Source: Verrucomicrobiia bacterium
GTDB taxonomy: Bacteria; Verrucomicrobiota; Verrucomicrobiia; Limisphaerales; UBA1319
Direction of reading: 5' to 3'
DNA length: 64,000 nucleotides
NCBI GenBank assembly: GCA_963664225.1
Contig: OY760937.1
Span: 4,224,001-4,288,000 of the forward strand
The notes under the pieces were generated by a model. It had not been told where the DNA came from. It made no database searches and saw only the letters and a program-made list of their open reading frames with translations. Positions 20,714-30,145 of this stretch are shown piece by piece. Position 1 is the first letter of the stretch. The number at the start of each line of letters is the position of its first letter. Both the position numbers and the translations under genes were made by a program.

Positions 20714-22158
20714 AGTCTGCGGTCCTTGGCAATGCCGTAGGTTTTCAAAATGGACTCGTTGGCCTCTTTGGACTCGGCCCGGTTCAGGCATTCCAGGAGG
20801 CGGAAGGAAACAAACTCGATCACGTCCTGGGCGCCGTTGTCTTTTTCAAACGCGGCAATGACGTCTTCGAGCTTGTTGATGCGCACGCCGTTGATCTTAT
20901 CCACCAGGGCGTGTCCGCGCAGTTCGAGGTTGGCGTTCACAGGATCGGCCAGCACCGCCGCCAGAACGACCGGTTCTGTGCGCGCTGTATCAGGAAACTC
21001 CTGTTTGCGATAATAAAGCTCGTAAATGAGTTCGCTGCCGCTGCCCTCGGGGAAATTTGGGGCGGAGGCGCGCAGATAATCCCGGCTGAGCGGCGTGAAA
21101 ACCAGCCCCGCATGCACATAATAGCGGGGCAGTTCATACAAATTGCCTTCGGCCCGATCATCCGTGGGGACTTTGGCGGTCAGGTTGACGGTCTGAGCGG
21201 CTCCCGCGCGCCAGATTTTCAAAGGCACACTTTCACCCGCCTGCACCTCGCTGAAGGCGCCCGCGACATGAATACGATTGCCTTGATACATGATCGATCC
21301 ATCACTGCCCACGGCATACGGGCCCACTTGCATGAGGACATCGTCTTCCTGCAAAACATCCTTCGCGGGTGAGAACGGGGTGATCTTATCGATGCGCGCG
21401 CCCACGTTATCGTCGGGGATCTTCAGATATTTGCGAAAGGCCGGATTTTGCAGCGGCGACACGCGAACGCCCGCCATCGGGAATCCTTCGTAACGGCCAT
21501 TTTCAATGTCCTTGAGAAAGTGCTGGATCACAGGCGGAGGGATGAAAAAACCGGTGTTCTCCAGGCCGGACATGCCTTGAAAAGATACGCCCGCCACTTT
21601 GTCATCCTGAATCACGGGACCGCCACTGTTGCCCGGGTTGATGGCAGCGTCGGTCTGGACGGCCAGAAAGTTTCGGTTCCCAATATGCACGTAGGTTTGC
21701 AGCTCGATGCGGGAAACCACACCGCGCGTATAGGAGATTTGTTCGCCGCCTGCGGGGTAACCATACGTGACTACCGCAGAACGCACTTTGGCCAGTTCGC
21801 CAATATCCAAAGGCTCGAGTCCGTCAAAAAAAGTTTCGTCCTCGACTTCGAGAATAGACAGGTCGCAGTCATGTCCGATGAACGCCACGCGCGCCAGGTA
21901 GGGCCGGGGATCCTGATATTTATGCACCAGGACTTGTTTGGCCCAACTGACGACGTGGGCGTTGGTCATGATGCGTTTGCCGCGAATCACAAAGCCCGAT
22001 CCGGAGGCTTTGCGCACCGGCTCGAACCGCCACGGGGCGTCCCAGACCGGTTGCTGGCTGAAGGTGGTGATGCGGATGACCGATTTCTCAGGCTCGGCAG
22101 CCGGACTGGCGGCGGCGATGGCCAGCAGGAATAAAATGGAGGCGATGAATGGTCTCAC
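20710..22158 (-). CDS. HtrA/Deg2-like serine protease with PDZ domains
   Basis: GSGFVI, TNAHVV, HDCDL and AAINPGNSGGP. Signal peptide. Confidence 0.95.
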   Translation of the reverse strand: MRPFIASILFLLAIAAASPAAEPEKSVIRITTFSQQPVWDAPWRFEPVRKASGSGFVIRGKRIMTNAHVVSWAKQVLVHKYQDPRPYLARVAFIGHDCDLSILEVEDETFFDGLEPLDIGELAKVRSAVVTYGYPAGGEQISYTRGVVSRIELQTYVHIGNRNFLAVQTDAAINPGNSGGPVIQDDKVAGVSFQGMSGLENTGFFIPPPVIQHFLKDIENGRYEGFPMAGVRVSPLQNPAFRKYLKIPDDNVGARIDKITPFSPAKDVLQEDDVLMQVGPYAVGSDGSIMYQGNRIHVAGAFSEVQAGESVPLKIWRAGAAQTVNLTAKVPTDDRAEGNLYELPRYYVHAGLVFTPLSRDYLRASAPNFPEGSGSELIYELYYRKQEFPDTARTEPVVLAAVLADPVNANLELRGHALVDKINGVRINKLEDVIAAFEKDNGAQDVIEFVSFRLLECLNRAESKEANESILKTYGIAKDRRL

Positions 22159-22367
22159 AAAGCAAAAATGGTAATACGGGCCGTTCGCGTCAAGTCTCGA
22201 TATGATCGGTAAATCCCAAAAATCCGCAGATGGGAATCAAGCCGCGAGTGAATAGGCCCTAGCGCAATAATGCTCAGAAGGCTGGTCGAACAGGGCAGGG
22301 GGATGAAAGCCATAGGCTGTTGACCACGTTTTGCACGCCTTGGCGTGGATTTATTGCGATTCCAGTG

Positions 22368-22547
22368 AAAAAAAAGAAGGCCGGGGATAAATCCGGCCTT
22401 CTTACGGAAATAAAGTAATGAGAACTTACTTTAACACATTGATAACCGCTAAGTTATCTAAAATCGTCTATCAGTGCGGGTGCTGCAGACAGACACCCAA
22501 AAACACACGGTAAAACAAACTCTGCATAACTGCACCGATCAGTTATG
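22368..22547 (-). ncRNA. Candidate sRNA, copy A (~180 nt)
   Basis: Hairpins CAUAACUG/CAGUUAUG, GGGUG/CACCC, GAUAAC/GUUAUC and UAAAGUAA/UUACUUUA, then terminator GAAGGCCGG/CCGGCCUUC + U8. Duplicated. Confidence 0.75.
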
Positions 22548-22552
22548 GGATC

Positions 22553-22598
22553 AGGATACCCGAATTCTGAGTCCCCACCAGTCACCAGTACTGGTGAC
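22553..22598 (-). promoter_or_regulatory. Palindromic operator plus -10 for sRNA copy A
   Basis: Perfect palindrome GTCACCAGTACTGGTGAC at 22581-22598, 22-bp spacer, TATCCT (minus strand, 22558-22553). Confidence 0.7.
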
Positions 22599-22629
22599 AC
22601 GCCGTCCCCAGTGTAACCATCCTGGTAAT

Positions 22630-23256
22630 TTACTGCTTCAGGAACTTGGCGACGGCTTCGGTGCGGGTGCGGACCTGCAGTTTCTCGTAAATGCGGCGGA
22701 TGTAGGTGTGAACGGTTTCGTAGCTGATGCCGAGTTTCTCGGCGATTTCCTTGTAGAGAAAACCCTTCGCCAGGCAGTCCAGGACTTCCTGTTCGCGCGT
22801 GGACAGGTTCTCGGAGGGCTGCGGCGAGGAGCCGATTCGCTGGAAGGATTGCACGACCTTGCGGGCGATGTGTGTGGTCATGGGGGATCCGCCTTTTTGA
22901 ACTTCCTTGATTCCCGCAAGCAATTCCGGGGTTGTCGTTCGCTTGAGCAGATAGCCCGAGGCCCCGGCGGTCAGGGCGTTGAAGATGTTCTCGGTATCTT
23001 CATACACGGTGAGCATGAGGATCTGGATTTGCGGGGCCACCTGTTTCAACTTCTTCACGCATTCCACGCCGTTCATGCCCGGGAGGTTGATGTCCATGAG
23101 GACGACATCGGGTTTCACACGCGGCAGCTCATCGAGCGCGGCCTCGGCATTGGCATACTGGTGGGTGCATTGGAAGCCCTCGGAGCGATCGATCACCTTG
23201 GCGAGGGTGGTGCGCACCAGATTGCTATCTTCCACAATGGCAACTTGAATTGGCAT
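22630..23256 (-). CDS. NarL/FixJ-family response regulator (REC + LuxR HTH)
   Basis: VAIVED, DVVLMDINLPGMNG, GASGYLLK, LSTREQEVL...YKEIAEKLGIS. Confidence 0.97.
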   Translation of the reverse strand: MPIQVAIVEDSNLVRTTLAKVIDRSEGFQCTHQYANAEAALDELPRVKPDVVLMDINLPGMNGVECVKKLKQVAPQIQILMLTVYEDTENIFNALTAGASGYLLKRTTTPELLAGIKEVQKGGSPMTTHIARKVVQSFQRIGSSPQPSENLSTREQEVLDCLAKGFLYKEIAEKLGISYETVHTYIRRIYEKLQVRTRTEAVAKFLKQ

Positions 23257-23391
23257 TTCCTATCGACAACCCTGACAGAAAAAAAGACCCCGTGCCAGCC
23301 CAATCGTTCAGCCGTGCGCACGACAAAAATCTTTTGATGCCCACCGCCCTCCGCTCTTTGCCCTCTGCCTTTTTCAATCTTCCGTGCGTAC

Positions 23392-23572
23392 AAAAAAAAA
23401 GAAGGCCGGGGATAAATCCGGCCTTTTTACGGAAATAAAGTAATGAGAACTTACTTTAACACATCGATAACCACCAAGTTATCTAAAATCGTCGATCAGT
23501 GCGGGTGCTGCAGACATACACCCTAAAATCACACGGTAAACAAACTCTGCATAACTGCACCGATCAGTTATG
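23392..23572 (-). ncRNA. Candidate sRNA, copy B (~180 nt)
   Basis: Same stems as copy A, with differences mainly in loops and linkers. Terminator with U9. Confidence 0.75.
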
Positions 23573-23577
23573 GGATC

Positions 23578-23623
23578 AAGATAGCGGTTTCTGGATTCCC
23601 CACCAGTCACCAGTACTGGTGAC
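23578..23623 (-). promoter_or_regulatory. Palindromic operator plus -10 for sRNA copy B
   Basis: Identical palindrome at 23606-23623, the same 22-bp spacing, TATCTT (minus strand, 23583-23578). Confidence 0.7.
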
Positions 23624-23731
23624 ACGGTGTGCCCGGTGTCCCCAATGCCTGCAATGACCCGTCGAAAATAAATGTCCCGGGCGTTGGTTTTGGGCTTGAG
23701 TAAATCCGTTCGGGCCGTCACAACGTTTCTT

Positions 23732-25138
23732 ATGAACCGTCGAAAGTTTTTACAGCGCACCGCGCTTGCCGCAGGCGGATTGTCCGTTCTGCCGGAATTT
23801 TACATCTCAAACCTTCACGCCGCAGACAAAGGGAAGCTGAACATCGTTCAGATCGGCTGCGGTGGACGCGCCATGACCCATCTGGATGCCACAGTGGACG
23901 AAAACCTGGTGGCCATTGTGGATGTCTCGGAAAAGCGTTTTCCGGTGATCCAGAAATGGCTGACCAATAAGAACAAGGACGCCGCAAAGCTGCAGACGTT
24001 CACGGACTACCGGCGGATGTTCGACAAGATGGGCAAGAATGTCGATGCGGTGTTCATTGCCACGCCCAATCATCATCACGCGCTGCCCGCCATGACGGCC
24101 ATGCAGCTGAACAAGGCCGTTTATTGCGAGAAGCCGGTCTGCCACGATATTGGCGAGGCGCGGCAACTGCGTGAGATGGCCACCCATTCCAAGGCGGCCA
24201 CGCAGATGGGCAACCAGGGGCATTGCGACGAGGGTTACCGCCGGTTGTGCGAATACATCTGGTCCGGCGCCATCGGCGCGGTCACGGAAACCCATAGCTG
24301 GACCAATCGCGCCAACGGCGGCGTGGGACCGCGTCCCCCCGTGGAACCAGTGCCCGAGGGAATGCATTGGGACGAATACATTGGGCCCGCTCCCTATCGT
24401 GATTTCCATTCCGACATTCATCCCCACGAATGGCACGGCTGGTATGATTTCGGGAATGGATCCATCGGCAACATGGGTTGCCATGTCCTGGACGGCGTCT
24501 TTTGGGCGCTGAAAATCGAGCATCCCACCTCCATTGTGGCCGAGGCCATCCGCGGCGGCAGCAACGAACGCTACCCCACCGGCAGCCGCATCCGCTGGGA
24601 TGTTCCCGCCCGTGAAGGCATGCCTGCGTTGAAAGTGTTTTGGTACGAGGGCTTGAACCAGACGACCAAGGCCGAACCGTCCGGCGCATTGCGCATTGCC
24701 GTGGGCGAGGCCCGGAATCTGCCTCCGCTGTTGGGCGAGCTGCGAAAGAAGTATCCCGATGAAGAGATCGACAGCGCGGACAGCGGCACTCTTTACGTGG
24801 GCGAAAAAGGCACGATCTATACCGAGACCTATGGCGGCTACATGCACATCGTTCCCTGGGAAAAGATGAAGGCCACACCCGCGCCGGAAAAGACCCTGCC
24901 ACGCTTCAAAGGCGGCATTTTCCGGAATTTCCTGGAGGCCTGCCGCACGGGCAGCAGGGATACGGCCGTGCCCTTCGAATATGGCACGCGGCTGACCGAG
25001 TTCGCCGTTCTGGGCAACCTGGCCCAACACGCTGGCGAAGGCAACAAGGTGGAATGGGATGGCCCGAACATGAAGGTCAAAAACATTCCCGAGCTCAACG
25101 CCTGGATCAAGCGCGAGCCGCGCAAAGGCTGGGCGTGA
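23732..25138 (+). CDS. Gfo/Idh/MocA family oxidoreductase, Tat-exported
   Basis: MNRRKFL twin-arginine signal, IGCGGRA, ATPNHHH, VYCEKP, QMGNQG and GNMGCH. Confidence 0.95.
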   Translation: MNRRKFLQRTALAAGGLSVLPEFYISNLHAADKGKLNIVQIGCGGRAMTHLDATVDENLVAIVDVSEKRFPVIQKWLTNKNKDAAKLQTFTDYRRMFDKMGKNVDAVFIATPNHHHALPAMTAMQLNKAVYCEKPVCHDIGEARQLREMATHSKAATQMGNQGHCDEGYRRLCEYIWSGAIGAVTETHSWTNRANGGVGPRPPVEPVPEGMHWDEYIGPAPYRDFHSDIHPHEWHGWYDFGNGSIGNMGCHVLDGVFWALKIEHPTSIVAEAIRGGSNERYPTGSRIRWDVPAREGMPALKVFWYEGLNQTTKAEPSGALRIAVGEARNLPPLLGELRKKYPDEEIDSADSGTLYVGEKGTIYTETYGGYMHIVPWEKMKATPAPEKTLPRFKGGIFRNFLEACRTGSRDTAVPFEYGTRLTEFAVLGNLAQHAGEGNKVEWDGPNMKVKNIPELNAWIKREPRKGWA

Positions 25139-26408
25139 GGAAGAGCGGACGGTCCTTGCGCTTCGGATAAATTGAAGAAGAGGCGCGAGCGCGAGTTGGG
25201 AGTGGCGGCTATTTTCGAAGGGAGGGGACAATTTGTCCCCTTCTTGGAATTTGATTTCGATGAAGCGGGGGGCGGCAGAAATTTCAATGCCGAAGTACAG
25301 CATTGGCTTTATCCGACTCATTTATCCCTTCTCCACCCGCAACAAACTCACATGCGAATGGGAAATTTGTTAGTAATTAAACAGATTGGAACAGTTAACG
25401 TTAATCCATGATCACCGAAATCCATCTCCAGAATTTCCGCGGATTCAAGGACCACGTTGTTCCTCTCAAGCCTTTTACGGTGATTGTCGGGCGTAACAAC
25501 GCTGGAAAATCGACTATCACTGAGGCGCTCCGTTTAATTTCTATTGTCGTAAGTCGTTTCAAAGGAGATTTGACGAGCCTTCCTCGAAAGTGGGAATTTC
25601 CTCGGAATAGGCGCAGCATAAATCAATTTAAGAATCTGGAGATCAATTTACAGAGTGTTTTTCATAACTACAGCGACCCTCCTGCAATTGTCCGAGCCAA
25701 GTTTGCATCTGGCGAAATCATTGAGGTGGCGATTACGAACGATGGGATTATTGCGCGCAGGACTCGAGTGAATAGCGTGCGGGAGGATTGTTGTCCTAGA
25801 TTGTCGAGAGTAAGTATTTTGCCGCAAGTCGGACCCGTTGCAAGGGAAGAACGGTTGCTCACTGAAGACTATGTGCGTGGAGCGTTATCATCAACCTTGG
25901 CGCCGATGCACTTTCGGAATCAACTTTACCTGCTAAAAGAGCAGTTTCAGACTTTTAAAGACTCAGCTGAGCAGACTTGGCCTGGACTGCGAATCCGTGA
26001 CTTGGAAACGATCGAACAGCTTCCTGACCCCACTCTGCTGTCCTTATTAGTAGAAGATCAACACTTTACGGCCGAGATCGCATGGATGGGACACGGACTT
26101 CAGATGTGGCTTCAGATGATTTGGTTTCTGAGTCGCGCAATTGACCATGAAACGGTGATTCTTGACGAACCAGATGTATACATGCACGCAGATTTGCAGC
26201 GGCGATTTGTGCGGTTTGTGCGCAGCCGTCACCAGCAAGTAATCATTGCAACGCATTCATCGGAAATAATGGCCGAGGTTCTTCCTGATGATATTCTTGT
26301 TGTTGATCGCGCCAGGGAGAAATCCGACTTCGCATCTTCACTGCCAGCTGTTCAAAAGTATCCGTCAGGCGAAGTGGCTATAGGCAATGGCCGGGCTGAA
26401 GTGGTTAA

Positions 26409-26756
26409 ATGGGGGGCGTGAAGCACCGAACTGCATCCTCAAATCGATTTCCGCAAACCACATGTGAACAACGTGCCCAATGGATCCTTCGCTATCACCA
26501 GAGTGGATTGACGCGGCGCGCCTTTGCTTCTGAGTATGGCATCGGATTGTCCACATTGGGGAGGTGGCTCAGAGACCCGGTGCCCACCGCCGTGGAACCA
26601 CCCGCACTGCCACGCCTGCAGGAAGTCCCTCTGGCTTCCCTGCTGGGAAATTCGCCTTGGGCTGCGGAAATCACCTTTGCCGACGGGACCGCGGTGCGCC
26701 TGACTGGGGACCTGGCCGACCGACTTTTGCAACCCTGGCTTGGGGCGCGTTCATGA
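26409..26756 (+). CDS. tnpA: IS66 accessory protein TnpA (HTH)
   Basis: SGLTRRAFASEYGIGLSTLGRW HTH, EITFADG, first ORF inside the IRs. Confidence 0.85.
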   Translation: MGGVKHRTASSNRFPQTTCEQRAQWILRYHQSGLTRRAFASEYGIGLSTLGRWLRDPVPTAVEPPALPRLQEVPLASLLGNSPWAAEITFADGTAVRLTGDLADRLLQPWLGARS

Positions 26757-27088
26757 TCACGCCCACTGCCGCCACACGTATCTTCGTTGCCCTGGCTCCG
26801 ATGGACTTGCGCCAGTCCTTTAACGGGCTGTGTGCCTGGGTCCAGGAGTCCTTGCGTCAGGATCCTCTCTCGGGCCATCTTTTTTTGTTCACCAACAAAC
26901 ACCGGAACCGTCTCAAGGCCCTTTACTGGGACGGCAGCGGACTTTGGGTCAGCACAAAACGTTTGGAGCGGGGTCGATTTACCTGGCCACAAGGGGAGGG
27001 ATTGCAGGCAAACTTGCGCGCCGAGGAACTCAGCGCGTTAGTCAACGGATTGGAGATCCGCGCACGCAAAGACTGGCGGCGAAACTGA
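26753..27088 (+). CDS. tnpB: IS66 accessory protein TnpB
   Basis: DLRQSFNGL, LFLFTNK, KALYWDGSG and KRLERGRFTWP. ATGA overlap with tnpA. Confidence 0.93.
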   Translation: MITPTAATRIFVALAPMDLRQSFNGLCAWVQESLRQDPLSGHLFLFTNKHRNRLKALYWDGSGLWVSTKRLERGRFTWPQGEGLQANLRAEELSALVNGLEIRARKDWRRN

Positions 27089-27154
27089 AAGATTCTTAAA
27101 ATAAATTGCGTATAACTATTGACATAATAATTTATATTGTTATGAGTAATAACA

Positions 27155-28804
27155 ATGAATCCAGCACCGTCACTGACTCCCGAACTTCTGGCTCAGATGC
27201 CCGAGTCCTTCCGCGGTGTCGTCCTCCAGGCCGTTGGTCAGCTCGAAAGTCAGGTGCAGTCTCTGTCCAGCGAGAACAAGCTCCTGCGCCAGAAAATCGA
27301 TGCCCTGATCCGCCAGTATTTTGGTTCACCCAAAAACGAGACCCTCGATCCCAACCAACTGCTTCTGCTCTTGAGCGGACTGGCAGGAACCTCCGCCCCG
27401 GTTGCGGCCACCCCGGTCCAATCCGCCCCGGCTTCCAAAGCCACGACAAATCGCAAACCGGCCCGTTCGGGGATTCCGGAGAATCTGCCCATTGAAAAGG
27501 TGGTGCTGCTGCCCGACGAGGTGAAAGCCAACCCGGACCAGTTCCGCCAGATTGACCAGCTGATCACACGGGAATTGGACTATGAGCCGGGCCGGTTTTT
27601 CTGGAGGGAAATTACGCGGCCAAAGTTTGTGCGTCGGACTGCGGCGGCCCCGGCCCCCGAAATTTCGCTCACGACACCGGAAGGCAAGCTGCCGCCGCTG
27701 GCGTTGGCCCTGGCAATGACCTCGTTGCCCGAGGTCAGGGAGGTTCTGATCGCGGAGCTGCCCAACCGGCTGATCGAAAAAGGACTGCCGGGAGTGGGCT
27801 TGCTGGTCCACTTGATTTTGAGCCGCTTTGAAGATCATCTGCCCTTTTACCGGCTGGAAAAGATCTTCCGGGAACGACACAGGGTGCCCATCGCCCGGCA
27901 GACAATGGTCGATTGGACCGAACGCCTGGCCGATTGGTTCCTGCCGGTCTATCGCGAGATGGCCGCTGGACTGCGCGCCGCCAAATATCTTCAAGCCGAC
28001 GAGACCCCCATTCAATATCTGGACCGGGAAGTGCCCGGGCGCAGTTGCACGGGATACTTCTGGGTGTATGGCCAGCCAGGCGGAGATGTGATTTTCGAGT
28101 GGAAGACCAGCCGGGGCCGGGAAGGACCCAAGGCGTTTCTGGAGACTTTCAAGGGCAAGCTCCAATGCGATGGCTATGGCGTCTATCAATCTTTGGCTAG
28201 GGAACGGGAGGATTGGACCCTGATCGGTTGCTGGGCCCATTGCCGGCGATATTTCCATAAGGCCAAGGATCATGACCGGCACGCGGCCTGGTTTTTGAAG
28301 CAAATCAGCCTGCTCTATGAGATTGAACGACGTCTGAGCCAGCAGAAGGCCGGGCCCAACCTGCGGGAAGCCGTGCGGGCTGCGGAGGCCAAGCCCGTGC
28401 TCGCGCGCATTGGAAGGGCGCTGGAGAAAATCGAGCCCAAGATTTTGCCCCAAAGCCTTCTGGGCAAGGCCATCCATTATGCCAGGGGTTTGTGGACAGA
28501 GTTGAATCAATATGCCCAGTTCGGGGAGGTGGCGATTGATAATAATCCGATCGAGAACATAATTCGGCCCACGGCCATTGGGAAAAAGAACTTCCTGTTC
28601 ATTGGCCATCCCGAGGCGGGCTGGCGAAGCGCCGTGATCTACTCGATCCTGGGCAGTTGTCATCGCCATAAAATCAATCCGGCCCTCTATTTGCGTGATG
28701 TGCTCAGCCGCCTCCCCAACATGCAGCAAAGTGAGGTGCCAACCATTACCCCAAAAGCCTGGGCCAAGGCACATCCCGAAGCGCTCGCACAGTTGCCCAA
28801 GTAA
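27155..28804 (+). CDS. tnpC: IS66 DDE transposase TnpC
   Basis: HLPFYR, ADETP, QCDGY, CWAHCRR, IDNNPIENIIRP and GKKNFLF. Confidence 0.96.
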   Translation: MNPAPSLTPELLAQMPESFRGVVLQAVGQLESQVQSLSSENKLLRQKIDALIRQYFGSPKNETLDPNQLLLLLSGLAGTSAPVAATPVQSAPASKATTNRKPARSGIPENLPIEKVVLLPDEVKANPDQFRQIDQLITRELDYEPGRFFWREITRPKFVRRTAAAPAPEISLTTPEGKLPPLALALAMTSLPEVREVLIAELPNRLIEKGLPGVGLLVHLILSRFEDHLPFYRLEKIFRERHRVPIARQTMVDWTERLADWFLPVYREMAAGLRAAKYLQADETPIQYLDREVPGRSCTGYFWVYGQPGGDVIFEWKTSRGREGPKAFLETFKGKLQCDGYGVYQSLAREREDWTLIGCWAHCRRYFHKAKDHDRHAAWFLKQISLLYEIERRLSQQKAGPNLREAVRAAEAKPVLARIGRALEKIEPKILPQSLLGKAIHYARGLWTELNQYAQFGEVAIDNNPIENIIRPTAIGKKNFLFIGHPEAGWRSAVIYSILGSCHRHKINPALYLRDVLSRLPNMQQSEVPTITPKAWAKAHPEALAQLPK

Positions 28805-29821
28805 CCGATGCCTTGTTGCGGGTGACTTCTGAAAGTTGCCATATTCGCCTTTCACGCCGCCAATCTAATCAGGCCAGCCCCACATTGCCTATTGCCACTT
28901 CGCCTGACGGATACGTTCAAAAAGTCCTAAGCGGACTTGGAAGTATACATAATTTGCAGCTTTCGCGCCTTTGGAATGCTCGTCGGTTTCTCATGGTCGA
29001 GGGGGAAGATGTGGGCTTGCTGAAGCAATTCCAAGATACACTCTTCCCAGAAACAACAATTCCTCTTGATACTGTTCCATCGATAACAATTGGAGGTTGG
29101 GGAGGTTGGAATCAAGCGGTGGGTTCAGGATTCCTATTGAAGAACGCTGCCGGCGACGGAATAATAACCTACTGCTTATTCGATTCGGACTACCATCCAT
29201 CGGATGCAATTCAAGCACGCTACACTGAAGCGAAACACCGCGGTATATCTTTGTATATATGGAAGCAAAAGGAACTAGAAAACTACTTGCTTGTGCCGAG
29301 CGCAATACATCGTGCGATATGGGTCCAGCTAGCTGATGGAGCACTTGGGCCGACCGTCGAGATGATTGAAACAAAACTACAGGAAATCGCAGAAAACATG
29401 AAGCAAGATGTGATTGACTGCGTGGCAACAGATATTCAGAACGCGGAAAGGAAGATCTCGGTAGCTACTGCCAATCAAAAAGCGCGTGAAGTCACTGCCA
29501 ATCGATGGCGCACCGCAGAAGAACGTCTCGGCGTTATACCAGGAAAACGGGCTCTATCTCTTATTACGCATTGGGTTCAGGATGAATACAAAGTGACTAT
29601 AAGCGGTATGCGCATTGCTCACCAAATGCTTGCGAGCGAATTGCATTTAGAAATAAAACGTGTCCTCACAGCGATTGAAGAGTGTGAACCTTTTTAGTGG
29701 CGAGAGCGCACCTGCGCGGAACAGGGTCCCACGGATTGCTTTGGATTGGATCTAGAATTCACAGACGGGCGGCGACAGCAACTCCAATCTTTTCGCTGGC
29801 CGATGGATAGTCAGTTTGTGA

Positions 29822-30145
29822 CGCCCCTACAGGGCTTTTGGTGTTGTTGGCGACGGTTTACCTGGGCCTCCGCTCGCGGACTCGCTCCAGCCCAGGCTGC
29901 TTTGGGGTCGCGCCGTTGGCGCTGACATAGGGATTATATTGGTGCGGTCGGTGGGGTCGATTGCCATAAACATGTCGCCCCGCTGGGGCTTTGACTTGGA
30001 TGGGGGCTTGGGTGCTATAAACATGTCGCGCCTCCGGCGCTTCGGATGGGTGATTTAGAGATGAACGCACGCAATAAAGTTCCTGAGGAGCGCAATGTTT
30101 ATAGAAATAGCCAATCACTCAATCCAAGCTCCAGCGGAGCGGCAT
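29822..30145. repeat. Cluster of REP-like short palindromes
   Basis: ATAAACATGTCGCCCCGCTGGGGCT (29966), ATAAACATGTCGCGCCTCCGGCGCT (30017), inverted units at 30078-30104 and 30127-30145, and related hairpins at 29822 and 29909. Confidence 0.75.

Larger units (their letters stand above)
22368..22601. repeat. Direct repeat copy A (~230 bp, non-coding)
   Basis: Aligns by eye to 23392-23626 with about 18 differences. Confidence 0.97.
23392..23626. repeat. Direct repeat copy B (~230 bp, non-coding)
   Basis: Aligns to 22368-22601. Confidence 0.97.
26358..28914 (+). mobile_element. IS66-family insertion sequence, 2557 bp, complete
   Basis: Terminal inverted repeats GTATCCGTCAGGCGAAGTGGC[T/A]ATAGGCAATG (31/32 match). 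8-bp target duplication GTTCAAAA at 26350-26357 and 28915-28922. Contains tnpA-tnpB-tnpC. Confidence 0.97.
25408..29697 (+). pseudogene. OLD-like ABC-ATPase + TOPRIM nuclease interrupted by IS66
   Basis: 5' part has GRNNAGKST, ILDEPD and IATHS. 3' part has VEGED, DSD and ELENYL. Removing the IS and one target duplication restores ...LPAVQK-VLSGL... in frame (574 aa). Confidence 0.88.

Noticed and set aside
22471..22527. Small ORF MQSLFYRVFLGVCLQHPH inside sRNA copy A (possible toxin or leader peptide)
   Set aside because: Copy B has a 1-nt deletion giving MQSLFTV-stop, there is no SD, and the AUG lies in a stem. Conservation fits RNA structure, not coding.
22474..23337. 287-aa + strand ORF
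   Set aside because: Antisense shadow of the response regulator, with no recognisable motifs.
22368..23626. Direct repeats as composite transposon ends, att sites or a CRISPR array
   Set aside because: Only two long units, with no terminal IRs, target duplication, transposase, integrase, spacers or cas genes.
28813..28914. N-terminus of the 294-aa ORF as an independent gene start
   Set aside because: These codons lie inside the IS66 right end. The rest is the 3' half of the interrupted nuclease.
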